Shown piece by piece: positions 26,735-35,880 of a stretch of 64,000 nt of DNA (within the stretch, counting starts at the first letter, position 1; each line of letters starts with the position of its first letter). Source of the stretch: a virus (lineage: Duplodnaviria > Heunggongvirae > Uroviricota > Caudoviricetes). Under the pieces are notes generated by a model. The model did no database searches and had not been told where the DNA came from. It worked only from the letters and a program-made list of their open reading frames with translations. A program made the translations under genes and the position numbers. Location of the stretch: positions 23,495 through 87,494 of IMG/VR virus record IMGVR_UViG_3300025597_000613; one strand, 5' to 3'.

Positions 26735-26983
26735 TTATTCCTTAGTAGCCACAATTATATATTGCTTTATTAGTTCTTGCAACTCGGTAATTACCTTTTT
26801 ATTCGTTTCCCGTTCGGTGTCAATCATCTCGAGAATTTGGGATTCTGGGGACCTGGAACTAAAGTAATCAATCGGGTATCTTTTCTCTAATTCGTTTAGG
26901 AGAAAACAATATCTACCTAACGGTGTTCCTGGACCCGAATCTCTAGCTTTAGATAATCGCTGAAGGGCTGTTCTCCGCTTCAT
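26735..26983 (-). CDS. hypothetical protein (ATGA overlap with upstream gene)
   Basis: internal ATG at 26983. Confidence 0.35.
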   Translation of the reverse strand: MKRRTALQRLSKARDSGPGTPLGRYCFLLNELEKRYPIDYFSSRSPESQILEMIDTERETNKKVITELQELIKQYIIVATKE

Positions 26984-27252
26984 TTTCTTTCGTGTGGCTG
27001 GTGGCAAAACACACAATTATCGTAAGCCGGATCTTCAAAACGTTCATAGGCACAGAATCCAAAAGGGGAATCCTCACATTCCCATTCTCCTACCTGCATT
27101 CCAATAGGCAATAAGCCCATTTGTTCAAAGATTGGATCTGTCAAGCCATTAATTTTATCGTATGCCGTGGTAATTTTATTTTTCTCTTTCCTAACAGCAT
27201 TCATCAATGCAACCCTCGAACCAAGTTTGAGGGCGAGCTTATCTTCACTCAT
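26980..27252 (-). CDS. hypothetical protein (90 aa)
   Basis: minus-strand ORF. Confidence 0.4.
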   Translation of the reverse strand: MSEDKLALKLGSRVALMNAVRKEKNKITTAYDKINGLTDPIFEQMGLLPIGMQVGEWECEDSPFGFCAYERFEDPAYDNCVFCHQPHERK

Positions 27253-27673
27253 CTTTCATCTCGATTTTTACACAGTATTTTCCAAGGTGCGATTTCACAG
27301 CATGTTTGATAAATCCATCCGGTTGATCTCTTCGGTACATTTTTCGTTCTCGAAGATAGTCGGTGATAAAAACAATAGTTCCAATAATTGCAGCAACAAT
27401 GGAGACAACACCAAGTGTGATTAGAAAAACCATGCCGATGGGATTAATAAGCCAGAATCCGGTAAAAATCCAAAAGCCAATTGCCATCAATACATCAACC
27501 ACCATACAGGCCAACAAGGTATAGGTCGCGAGGCAAATTAATGCCACGAGTGATGCCTTCAGGAAAGACTTGGTATAGGTACAGATATCAGTAGTATCTG
27601 AGATAAAATCATCGGTGAAGAGAGATATCAACTGATAATGCCAACTTTTTCTACTAAACTCTAGTGTGTTCAT
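27245..27673 (-). CDS. multi-pass membrane protein
   Basis: ATG at 27673 preceded by GGAG; 3-4 TM helices. Confidence 0.4.
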   Translation of the reverse strand: MNTLEFSRKSWHYQLISLFTDDFISDTTDICTYTKSFLKASLVALICLATYTLLACMVVDVLMAIGFWIFTGFWLINPIGMVFLITLGVVSIVAAIIGTIVFITDYLRERKMYRRDQPDGFIKHAVKSHLGKYCVKIEMKDE

Positions 27674-28793
27674 CTTCTTCTCCAATTGTTTCGTCATCTT
27701 CTTCCTCGAACCCCCATTCGGCCTGTTCCTCATTTTCTTTCTTGAGCACAGCCGACATGGCATTGATAAGAACTTCGTATCCAAGGTGTTCACTATTTTG
27801 GGAGCCAGCACCTGTATTCTTTGTCCAATGCTTTCTGGTATGGGCCATATAGGAGTTAATCCAATACGTGGTCAAGCACTCCTTAACGAAACTTGCAAGG
27901 TTGTCCCAATCTTCCCTTTCCACATATCCACTGACGTGTTCGGATGCATCAAGAAGCCCCCAAGGACCCTGCGAGGTTCGCCTAAATCCATTCATAAATC
28001 TTCCGGCAAGACATTTATCATTATGTTCAAATTCGACATTATTCATTAATTTGAACAATCTACGGCTAGCAGGATGATTCATCCCTTGTCCGGAAAGTTG
28101 AATCTCAGTCTCCAGTGCTTTAAGTTCCTCTCGTTGCTCCTTAACTCGCTGAATATACTCGGGAATAGAATTAAGCAGGTCCTTGAAATAAATGTGGACA
28201 TACTTATTATCATATCCGGTATTTCCATCTTCGCCGACATACTGTTCAATATACCAATTATTTAGGATAGAACGGAAGATATCCCCGTGAACAATCACAT
28301 GAGTAACACGACGGAAAGCATCTACCTTCTTAATTTTATTTGCAAGTCGGTCCAGTTCAAAATTCTCTGCATCTGACAGACCTTTTTCGGTATGCTTCTG
28401 TGACAATTGCCGATGATCGTATTGGTCATGATTGAAGAGCGACGCATCTTCAATCCCGAGCCTATTTTCACTATCTGCTTCAAACATCAATTCAAGATCA
28501 AAGTTCTTTCTGTTCACAATGCAATCGTGTACAGAATTGGAGCCTTGACCGAATTCATACAATCTTGATTTAATGGCTTCAACGACAATGTTGAGACCGA
28601 AGCCGTGACATTCTTCTACACCACCGTAGTCGTTATATTCACCGTAGAAGGGAAGAGGACATACATCATAGAAGGAATTTGTGTAACAATTATTATCTTC
28701 CTCGCTATTCTTCAAGATCATGAAGACAGCGACATCCTGTCCGTGCGTAACGTGCAGGTTAGAAATCATACATGTACCATTCCAGCAACCCAT
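27654..28793 (-). CDS. hypothetical protein with strongly acidic C-terminal tail (379 aa)
   Basis: long minus-strand ORF; no motif recognised; C-terminus EEQAEWGFEEEDDETIGEEDE. Confidence 0.5.
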   Translation of the reverse strand: MGCWNGTCMISNLHVTHGQDVAVFMILKNSEEDNNCYTNSFYDVCPLPFYGEYNDYGGVEECHGFGLNIVVEAIKSRLYEFGQGSNSVHDCIVNRKNFDLELMFEADSENRLGIEDASLFNHDQYDHRQLSQKHTEKGLSDAENFELDRLANKIKKVDAFRRVTHVIVHGDIFRSILNNWYIEQYVGEDGNTGYDNKYVHIYFKDLLNSIPEYIQRVKEQREELKALETEIQLSGQGMNHPASRRLFKLMNNVEFEHNDKCLAGRFMNGFRRTSQGPWGLLDASEHVSGYVEREDWDNLASFVKECLTTYWINSYMAHTRKHWTKNTGAGSQNSEHLGYEVLINAMSAVLKKENEEQAEWGFEEEDDETIGEEDEHTRV

Positions 28794-28795
28794 AA

Positions 28796-29119
28796 TTATT
28801 TTCCTTCAAATTGTTTGCGCAGGCGCTCAAATTCGGCTCGTTCTCTAGCCAGCTTTGTCGATTCTGCAATTTCTTCTTCAACCACTCGTTTGGCGAATTC
28901 TTCGTCAGTCTCTTCTCGAGATTTGATCAGATGATACCCCGGGGTGTCACTATATTGACTATATCCGTAAGGGCACCAAGAAAGCTGGAGGTTACTTCCG
29001 TGTTCAGCAGTCCAATCGGCAATTTGTTGGCTTAGGCTTGCGAGACTACCGTCAAGTGAATATGCTGAAACCTCCTCAACGGTTTCTTGAATAATTTTTT
29101 TCTGTAATTTCTTTTTCAT
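28796..29119 (-). CDS. hypothetical protein (107 aa)
   Basis: minus-strand ORF. Confidence 0.4.
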   Translation of the reverse strand: MKKKLQKKIIQETVEEVSAYSLDGSLASLSQQIADWTAEHGSNLQLSWCPYGYSQYSDTPGYHLIKSREETDEEFAKRVVEEEIAESTKLARERAEFERLRKQFEGK

Positions 29120-29391
29120 TCAATATCCAGGCAATAGCGCATTTTTTCGAATTCTCGAAAATAGCAGTAGAGTCCAACTCGAATTTTTACGCCGATGACA
29201 GGGACACCTTCGATTTCGGAAATGATGTGTTCGATGGGATCTCTGTGGTAGGATGTGGTAAAAGAGCCCATTCGCTTACCATCAATCACCTCAGTGGGCT
29301 CTTGCATAAGCTTAACAGAAATCTTTTTGCCAAAGCGATCCTTCAGACGCTTTACATCAGATTCGGTGAAATATTCAACATCGTGTCTCAT
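29116..29391 (-). CDS. hypothetical protein
   Basis: start trimmed to internal ATG abutting upstream stop. Confidence 0.35.
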   Translation of the reverse strand: MRHDVEYFTESDVKRLKDRFGKKISVKLMQEPTEVIDGKRMGSFTTSYHRDPIEHIISEIEGVPVIGVKIRVGLYCYFREFEKMRYCLDIE

Positions 29392-29642
29392 TATTCGCCC
29401 TTCAATTGTCTTGCAATCTCTTCGCGCTCTGCCCGAGCCTTGCATTCAGTGAAGAATGCAATTAATCCATCTAGGTCGACAGAACTAAGCATCAACGTGG
29501 TATAAGAATAACCATGATGACCATTCTCGATATGGAGATTACCATATTTGTCATACGTGAGTTTATGACCGCCATTGTCGATGTGTTGATAGACAGTCAT
29601 CAACGAATCGCCATTTGTCGGCGTAACCTCATGAAATTTCAT
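29391..29642 (-). CDS. hypothetical protein
   Basis: start trimmed to ATG giving ATGA overlap with upstream gene. Confidence 0.35.
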   Translation of the reverse strand: MKFHEVTPTNGDSLMTVYQHIDNGGHKLTYDKYGNLHIENGHHGYSYTTLMLSSVDLDGLIAFFTECKARAEREEIARQLKGE

Positions 29643-30676
29643 TTCCTGATCTCCAGTTGCGAGGGCCACAGGAAGATAGTAATGTCGCCCCTGTCGGAAG
29701 GTTCGTATCCCAATTCCTTCTCCTTAAAGGAGACCGCAACCTTACCGAGATTTAAGAAATCATGCCATTTGGGATTGAACGCAACAACCTTACCTTTTGC
29801 GCCGATCTCTTCTTGGGAACAGCCACCATAGGACCAATTGGGATCTTGGTGAGCCACTACCACTTTCTGTTTAGGCTTGAATTTATTTCTCAGCAGTTCA
29901 CTGAGGTTCTCCGAGCATTCGCGCAACATGGAGAGATGCAATTCCGTCCACTTCTGGTCAGCATAATCGACTTCGGTTTCCTCGATAACAATCTTGCTAG
30001 GATCCTTGCCTTCCTCTACCAGAATTTCATCAATGATTTCATCTGCAAGTGCATTCTGATCCTTCTCTTCCTGCGTCAGGTGTCGCTTAGAAAGGGGAAC
30101 CCAGAAATTGCCGCGTACAACTTCTCTTTCGAGAAATCGAATCCATGCCTTGCAAAAATTCAGTGACAGTTGCAGGAACCATGCTGGCGTCTCATCAGTC
30201 AATTGAAAGATTTTGCTGTAATCCTTGGACAAAGGATAAGGCCTTGTGAAAGAATAGGACATTAAATCCTTGGCACGATCTCGATCAACAATTGAATCGT
30301 AGAGTGCCTCTTCACTAAGGTGTTTATTTAGAATTCGCAGTGGAAAATATTTCTTAAGTTCCTCCTTAAATTCCTCATCGGCCACACGATGGCCTTCCTC
30401 TTCACCGAGTGTCCTCACATATCGATCAAGGCGAGATGCATGCCATTTCGCTTCTTTGGCATGACACTCGGCAATGATACTTTTCCATTCGCTATCAGTG
30501 GGTTCTTCCAATTCGTCAATTCTGACGCCCTTTTCATCGACAATCATGCCGTCACGGAGACCATATCCGTTGCCGATGACAAATAGGATATGTTCGAGTA
30601 GGGAAGCAGGACTATCAAACAATGATGCATATCGGCACATCGTTGTGGACATGAAGGGGCTGATTTTATCAAACAT
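29639..30676 (-). CDS. hypothetical protein (345 aa)
   Basis: long minus-strand ORF; no motif recognised. Confidence 0.5.
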   Translation of the reverse strand: MFDKISPFMSTTMCRYASLFDSPASLLEHILFVIGNGYGLRDGMIVDEKGVRIDELEEPTDSEWKSIIAECHAKEAKWHASRLDRYVRTLGEEEGHRVADEEFKEELKKYFPLRILNKHLSEEALYDSIVDRDRAKDLMSYSFTRPYPLSKDYSKIFQLTDETPAWFLQLSLNFCKAWIRFLEREVVRGNFWVPLSKRHLTQEEKDQNALADEIIDEILVEEGKDPSKIVIEETEVDYADQKWTELHLSMLRECSENLSELLRNKFKPKQKVVVAHQDPNWSYGGCSQEEIGAKGKVVAFNPKWHDFLNLGKVAVSFKEKELGYEPSDRGDITIFLWPSQLEIRK

Positions 30677-30730
30677 GGGTTACCTCTTAATAACTGTACT
30701 TTATTTGGTTATATAGATAGCGTCAATTGG

Positions 30731-31063
30731 TTACTGACTAGTACACCAACCGAAAGAAAGTATATACATGTCGTTGCTAATTTCACACAGTCCGTGTTCA
30801 TAAAGGTCCGGACGGAAATAATCAATCCTCCACCATCTTTTTACTGGACCGAGGATAAACATGCGATCTTTATCACTGGTACGGCTAAGGATAATGTTGA
30901 TTCTATGGTGGTTTTGACCGGTCTTTACAGGATCTTTGTGCTTAGGTACGCCACAACCCTTAGGCACATACAGCAGATGCAAATCACACCTAAAAACCGT
31001 AGAGCTAAAGAACGTGTGTTTTTTGTACCCACTATTCTGTCTGCCAAGCACCCATTTGAACAT
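30731..31063 (-). CDS. hypothetical protein (110 aa)
   Basis: minus-strand ORF. Confidence 0.4.
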   Translation of the reverse strand: MFKWVLGRQNSGYKKHTFFSSTVFRCDLHLLYVPKGCGVPKHKDPVKTGQNHHRINIILSRTSDKDRMFILGPVKRWWRIDYFRPDLYEHGLCEISNDMYILSFGWCTSQ

Positions 31064-31065
31064 GA

Positions 31066-31326
31066 TTATTTCCTGTTATAGGGAGGTAAAAAGGATCTGA
31101 TAGTTCTTTCTCTTTCGTAATCTTCTTTTGTCCACCCATACATCTTAATTCGTTTTTCAATGCAATCTTCCGACACAAATGGGTCGTCCAGTTGCCTCAT
31201 TCTTAATTGCACCACTCCCGTGTGTACTTCAGTAAAGGATGAACGCCGAAGTGCCTTAAACGTATCCTCTTCGGTATGATATGTAGTCATAAAAGGAAAA
31301 AGGTTGTGTACCATTATAGCACACAA
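31066..31326 (-). CDS. small protein, DTF-motif family member
   Basis: TEEDTFKALRRSSFTEV...MYGWTKEDYE; start uncertain (track start is TTG). Confidence 0.4.
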   Translation of the reverse strand: MCAIMVHNLFPFMTTYHTEEDTFKALRRSSFTEVHTGVVQLRMRQLDDPFVSEDCIEKRIKMYGWTKEDYERERTIRSFLPPYNRK

Positions 31327-31364
31327 CCTGGGGAGTTACGACAGGAGTTTCCTCCTGCCTTCAC

Positions 31365-32615
31365 TTACTTTTTGGCACCAGCCGGAGCTTGACGCACACC
31401 CATATCGACCGCAACTTCCTTAGCAGTCTTGGCAGTCATCAGGTCGACCAGACCAGCAGCATTGTTACCACCGTTGCCTTGCCCACTCGAACCCATAACC
31501 ACCGAGGGAGCCCATGCACCAGGTTGGGCATTCTTGATAGCATCAGCGTACAGTTCGTTGATCTTCACGACAGCCTCAAGGCGCTTATCAAGTTGACCGT
31601 CGGCCTCCATAACCAGGCGCTTACGTTCAGCTTCACCCTGGCCTCGGAGGATTTCCGATTTCTTGAAAGCTTCAGCTTCCTTGACGTTAGCTTCAGCAAT
31701 CGTAACCTTAGCCTGTGCATCAGCAATTGCCTTCGCAGCAATGGTCTTTTGTTCCCATTCAGCCTTGGCAGCGTTAGCGCGACCTTGGGCTTCAGCAGTC
31801 AGTGCATCCTGGTCAGCCTTTTTAGCGTTAGCGATAGCCACAACCGCTGCATTGGTAGCCGCTTGCTGTTGCTGGATCTGCTCTTCAACTCGCTTCTCAT
31901 AGCTGAATGCACTGATAGTCATAGGCAGCATCTGGACATTGTATTTTTCCACATAGCTGGCCTGTGCGCGGATGGGTTGACCCTTATCATCCTTGACAAT
32001 TTCAACCACAGTCATATCCTTTTCCACGCCTGCAATATCCTTGGCACGGATGGTCTTGCTGACAGTCTTATAAACGCCGCGCAGAACCTGATCATTCATA
32101 ATCTGAAGCAGCTCGTTACGACGGCCCGCAGCAGAATCAAATGAGCTCATGGTAGGGCCCGAGAAGGTAGCAGCCGATTCCATAGAGCGTCGGATAGCCT
32201 GGACTTCAAAGGCTTCGGCCGAGCGGAATTCCTTATGGATCTCGATAACATCCTTCGGAGTCAGCGGCATCAACCAGGAAATAGAGCCACACAGGGTAGC
32301 ATTACCACCGTCGTAGAAACGAATGCCCAGACCGCCCGTGGAAACATGCTTCTTTTCCTCTGCGTTCTTCATGCATTCCGGATCCATGAACTTCAGTTCA
32401 TTGCGTCGCGGATATTTAGTGACGGTACCGAAACCTTGCCACTTGTAACCACCATTGTCCGCATACACAGTAAGTTCACCAGTAAGCGGGTGTTGGATGA
32501 CCATGATTTCACTTGCATCCATATCTTCAAAAAGCTTAGGCAGGCTAACAAGCACTGCGAAAGCAAACATCACCGCCAGAACGGCGCCGGCAATTCGACC
32601 AATAGTCCAGTTCAT
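31365..32615 (-). CDS. SPFH/band-7 (flotillin/stomatin-like) domain protein
   Basis: N-terminal TM, SPFH core, then Ala/Glu/Lys coiled-coil (AEAQGRANAAKAEWEQKTIAAKAIADAQAK...) typical of flotillin-like proteins. Confidence 0.7.
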   Translation of the reverse strand: MNWTIGRIAGAVLAVMFAFAVLVSLPKLFEDMDASEIMVIQHPLTGELTVYADNGGYKWQGFGTVTKYPRRNELKFMDPECMKNAEEKKHVSTGGLGIRFYDGGNATLCGSISWLMPLTPKDVIEIHKEFRSAEAFEVQAIRRSMESAATFSGPTMSSFDSAAGRRNELLQIMNDQVLRGVYKTVSKTIRAKDIAGVEKDMTVVEIVKDDKGQPIRAQASYVEKYNVQMLPMTISAFSYEKRVEEQIQQQQAATNAAVVAIANAKKADQDALTAEAQGRANAAKAEWEQKTIAAKAIADAQAKVTIAEANVKEAEAFKKSEILRGQGEAERKRLVMEADGQLDKRLEAVVKINELYADAIKNAQPGAWAPSVVMGSSGQGNGGNNAAGLVDLMTAKTAKEVAVDMGVRQAPAGAKK

Positions 32616-32878
32616 TTTTTCTCCAGTTCTGCCTTACGGCGGTTGATTTCATCAAGTTCTTCCTTGAGCGCAACATATTCGATTGTTTCACTCAATTGTT
32701 CAGCAGCCACATCCACTCTTGCCTTCATCGGGGTAATCCTCCTGAAGGTAGGAAAGAAAGGCGTACCTCGTGTAAACGGCAGGATAATCTGCGTCACCAG
32801 GAGCAGGATAACAATACCTGCACTAAGGAACAGAAATAGGTTCAGTAGCATTATTTTCTCCACACCCGTTATGGGCAA
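32612..32878 (-). CDS. small membrane protein, possible NfeD-like partner of SPFH
   Basis: 4-nt overlap with SPFH gene; one long hydrophobic segment. Confidence 0.45.
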   Translation of the reverse strand: MPITGVEKIMLLNLFLFLSAGIVILLLVTQIILPFTRGTPFFPTFRRITPMKARVDVAAEQLSETIEYVALKEELDEINRRKAELEKK

Positions 32879-32921
32879 ACATTATTATAATACAATGACA
32901 GCAAAGATCAACAGGTTGCTA

Positions 32922-33329
32922 TCATTCGCCGAGAATGTCCTTAACCCTCTGTCTATCTTGTGCCAATTCTGCTAGAATCTTTACATATTGGCTAAATTTT
33001 AGGTCGGAATCGTTACATCCGATAAGGTAGTTACTACCATCTTTCAGATATACGGTACCCAGCAAGGTTTCAACATCATCGGAGTCGTGGAACGTGTCAG
33101 TAAAGGCACGCTCGCTAAATGTTTGAGGCTGAATGGTCTTTTCCCAATCTACTCCGTATTTCTTTACATCCTCGCGGAGTTTCTTCATGGCAGCATCACT
33201 CTTGCGCCAATCATTATGCAAATATTCATAATGGCCGCCGTAGTAACTCCAATTACCATCGGTGAGTACTCCATTTTCAATCATGTAGGCCCACACAAAT
33301 TTTAGAGATTCGTCTTCTTTCTGTCCCAT
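32922..33329 (-). CDS. hypothetical protein (135 aa)
   Basis: minus-strand ORF. Confidence 0.4.
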   Translation of the reverse strand: MGQKEDESLKFVWAYMIENGVLTDGNWSYYGGHYEYLHNDWRKSDAAMKKLREDVKKYGVDWEKTIQPQTFSERAFTDTFHDSDDVETLLGTVYLKDGSNYLIGCNDSDLKFSQYVKILAELAQDRQRVKDILGE

Positions 33330-33562
33330 AATCTTCTCCCAAATTCCTTATAGTATTCTTCTGCTGCCCATCCATAAGGATGGAGTATCTTGTTTAGTTG
33401 TTCTTTATTTGTTGTCATGGTGTTGAGGTCACCATCGGTGTATGTTCCCGAATTAATAATTCCCTGGAGATGAAGACTAACTTCCTCGTAGGTACATCTA
33501 CGTAGTAATCTAAATGTTTCGTCCTCAGGTGCAGTCACAGTAATTTTTCCTGCAAGAAGCAC
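33302..33562 (-). CDS. small protein, DTF-motif family member
   Basis: EDETFRLLRRCTYEEV...YGWAAEEYY. Confidence 0.4.
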   Translation of the reverse strand: MLLAGKITVTAPEDETFRLLRRCTYEEVSLHLQGIINSGTYTDGDLNTMTTNKEQLNKILHPYGWAAEEYYKEFGRRLWDRKKTNL

Positions 33563-33719
33563 AGGGGCACCTACCGCCGGGCGGAATCGGTGGATAGTTG
33601 CCCCATCCGTTCTTCTTTATATCCTTGTATGATTTATAACCAAGCACAAGATAAATGACAAGCATTACTCCTATGAAGGAAAAGAAGACGGTTAGAAATA
33701 TAACATCAAGAATAGGCAT
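33525..33719 (-). CDS. small membrane protein with C-terminal Cys cluster
   Basis: TM helix then GGRCPCASCRKNYCDCT. Confidence 0.35.
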   Translation of the reverse strand: MPILDVIFLTVFFSFIGVMLVIYLVLGYKSYKDIKKNGWGNYPPIPPGGRCPCASCRKNYCDCT

Positions 33720-33738
33720 TTTATTTGTATTTTGAAAT

Positions 33739-33927
33739 TTAAAAATTGCCTGATTTATCGTATTCGTTATATTCTTCTATGGTGTAGCCGGCTTCTTTCA
33801 GATACCTTTCAAGGTCTCTGCGCTCTCTGATAAAACCGAGGGCTATTTTTTTGAATATATGTTCGTATACTTCCTCGATAGGGCGGCGTGAGAGTCTACG
33901 AAAAGTGTCTTCCTCGGAAAAATCCAT
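33739..33927 (-). CDS. small protein, DTF-motif family member
   Basis: MDFSEEDTFRRLSRRPIEEV. Confidence 0.4.
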   Translation of the reverse strand: MDFSEEDTFRRLSRRPIEEVYEHIFKKIALGFIRERRDLERYLKEAGYTIEEYNEYDKSGNF

Positions 33928-33928
33928 G

Positions 33929-35122
33929 TTAACCCTTCACGCAGAGTACCTGCTTCAGTGTATGCACGATTTCCACAAGATCAGATTGTGCTGCCATTAC
34001 TTCATCAATGTCTTTGTAAGCACCGGGAATTTCATCCAGCACAGCATCATCTTTTCTGCATTCAACACCAGCAGTCTGTTCTGCCAAATCGAGCGAAGTG
34101 AACAATTTCTTCGCTTGATTGCGGCTATGCTTTCTGCCAGCACCGTGAGAGCAAGAGCAATAGGATTCGGCATTTCCCTTACCACGAACGATAAAGGATT
34201 TTGCACCCATCGAGCCAGGAATAATACCCATTTCGCCATAGCGTGCAGATACAGCACCCTTTCGAGTTACCCAAATACCTTGCTCACCGTGTTCTTCCCA
34301 CGAGGTGAAATTATGATGACAGTTGACAACTTCCCCCACAATTTTCATGGAAGGGAAACGAGTCTTCATCGCTGCCAACACCAGATTCATCATGGTGTCT
34401 CTATTCATACGGGCATAATCTTGAGCCCAATGCATAGCTTCAATATAGGAATCGAATTCCGGGGTGCCTTCGTCGAGCCAAGCAAGATCTTGGTCAGCAA
34501 GGCCCCAGGCACGCTTAATTGCCTGTTCCTTGGCCATTTCAATAGCCACGGTACCAATTTGGTTGCCAATACCGCGGCTGCCCGAATGTAGCATAATCCA
34601 GACACGATTCTCAGTATCAAGACAGATTTCGATAAAGTGGTTACCGCCACCAAGTGTCCCAACCTGACGACCAATACGATGTTCATCGGCACGTCCAAGC
34701 TTTGCCTTAAGTGCCAGCGAATCCCAACGCTTCATCACCTTAACAAGGTTCTTACGAAGAACATCGGCGTAGGGTCCCGATACGGCAGGAATGCCAGCCT
34801 TATGCTCATTGAAGCCGACAGGTACATCACGCTCGATTTGGTTGCGGATCGCAAACAAGGATTCCGGAAGATCGTCAGCAGTCAGGCTGGTCATCACGGC
34901 GCACATTCCGCAACCAATATCGACACCGACGGCTGCAGGAATGATTGCATTGCGAGTAGGAATAACAGAACCAACAGTGGCTCCCTTACCCATGTGAACG
35001 TCCGGCATAATGGCAATATGCCCTGCCAGAATCGGTAGAGTGGAGATGTTGGTGATTTGTGTAACGGCAGCCTCTTCGACCTCCATTGCACCAACCCACA
35101 TCTTTACATTTTGAATTTCCAT
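33929..35122 (-). CDS. rtcB: RtcB-family RNA ligase (3'-phosphate/2',3'-cyclic phosphate to 5'-OH)
   Basis: MPDVHMGKGATVGSVI, GGGNHFIE, SGSRGIGNQ, NCHHNF, CSHGAGRK cover all conserved RtcB metal/GTP-binding blocks; GAGGT SD confirmed. Confidence 0.9.
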   Translation of the reverse strand: MEIQNVKMWVGAMEVEEAAVTQITNISTLPILAGHIAIMPDVHMGKGATVGSVIPTRNAIIPAAVGVDIGCGMCAVMTSLTADDLPESLFAIRNQIERDVPVGFNEHKAGIPAVSGPYADVLRKNLVKVMKRWDSLALKAKLGRADEHRIGRQVGTLGGGNHFIEICLDTENRVWIMLHSGSRGIGNQIGTVAIEMAKEQAIKRAWGLADQDLAWLDEGTPEFDSYIEAMHWAQDYARMNRDTMMNLVLAAMKTRFPSMKIVGEVVNCHHNFTSWEEHGEQGIWVTRKGAVSARYGEMGIIPGSMGAKSFIVRGKGNAESYCSCSHGAGRKHSRNQAKKLFTSLDLAEQTAGVECRKDDAVLDEIPGAYKDIDEVMAAQSDLVEIVHTLKQVLCVKG

Positions 35123-35641
35123 TTAAACCTCGACGCCGTGCCTCTTAATATCTTCACGTAGTATATACTCAACAAACTGATTTAGCGACATATCAGCTTC
35201 ATGTGCCATTTCCATTAGCATTATTCGCTCTTTGTCATCCAACTCCAGTGTGACCATAATGCGAGTGTCGTATTCTTCACCCAAGAAAATTGCGCGAGCC
35301 TTTTCAATGATGTCTTCGGGCACTTCCAAATTGATGAACTTGCGTTCGTCAAATGACTTCTTCCACTTGACATTACGGCCCTTGGCTTCTTTCTTGTGTG
35401 CATCAATATAGTCGGGATGAATCCAACGATATTCCCTTTGATTGGCATAATCCCACGCCTGCATTTCGTACACAGTTTGATCTACAGTATCAAACAGAAT
35501 GAAGATTGTATCGGCCTCGTGCCCTTCTTTACTTTGATATTCCAGATATCGCACATTCGGGCCGTAGCAATTCCACATATATTCGGTACCACCAGTGATG
35601 TGGTATTCAATGCATTCGAGGAAGTCTTTGATTGTAATCAT
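35123..35641 (-). CDS. two-domain protein, paralog A: unknown N-domain + C-terminal ribbon-helix-helix
   Basis: WNCYG / EMQAWDY / EYRWIHPDYI / EKARAIFLGEEYD shared with 36839..37351; C-terminal RIMVTLELDDKERIMLMEMAHEADMSLNQFVEYIL fits a beta-alpha-alpha RHH. Confidence 0.55.
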   Translation of the reverse strand: MITIKDFLECIEYHITGGTEYMWNCYGPNVRYLEYQSKEGHEADTIFILFDTVDQTVYEMQAWDYANQREYRWIHPDYIDAHKKEAKGRNVKWKKSFDERKFINLEVPEDIIEKARAIFLGEEYDTRIMVTLELDDKERIMLMEMAHEADMSLNQFVEYILREDIKRHGVEV

Positions 35642-35880
35642 TTTATTGCCTTTAATTTTCTAAGTGTCCTTTGTTGATCATATTGTTCCATAACTTCCTT
35701 AATCAGGAATTTAAAACAAGATGTCCAACCTGAACCATCGGGGTTACGCGGGATTTCTCCACTCAAAAATGAGTGAGCGATGGGTATTACTCTTTCATTT
35801 TCCCAGACAGCAATCCAAGAGAGTGCATCCAACAGGGTTGGTTCTTCGCACGCTCTATCGATTGCTTCTTGGAAGTTCAT
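35638..35880 (-). CDS. hypothetical protein (80 aa) within the RNA-repair cassette
   Basis: 4-nt overlaps on both sides. Confidence 0.4.
   Translation of the reverse strand: MNFQEAIDRACEEPTLLDALSWIAVWENERVIPIAHSFLSGEIPRNPDGSGWTSCFKFLIKEVMEQYDQQRTLRKLKAIK

Noticed and set aside
31389-32975. Plus-strand ORFs 31389..32144 and 32235..32975
   Set aside because: Antisense to the SPFH gene and its partner; Ser/Leu-rich shadow ORFs.
33851-35038. Plus-strand ORFs 33851..34591 and 34637..35038
   Set aside because: Antisense to RtcB, whose conserved motifs unambiguously fix the minus-strand frame.
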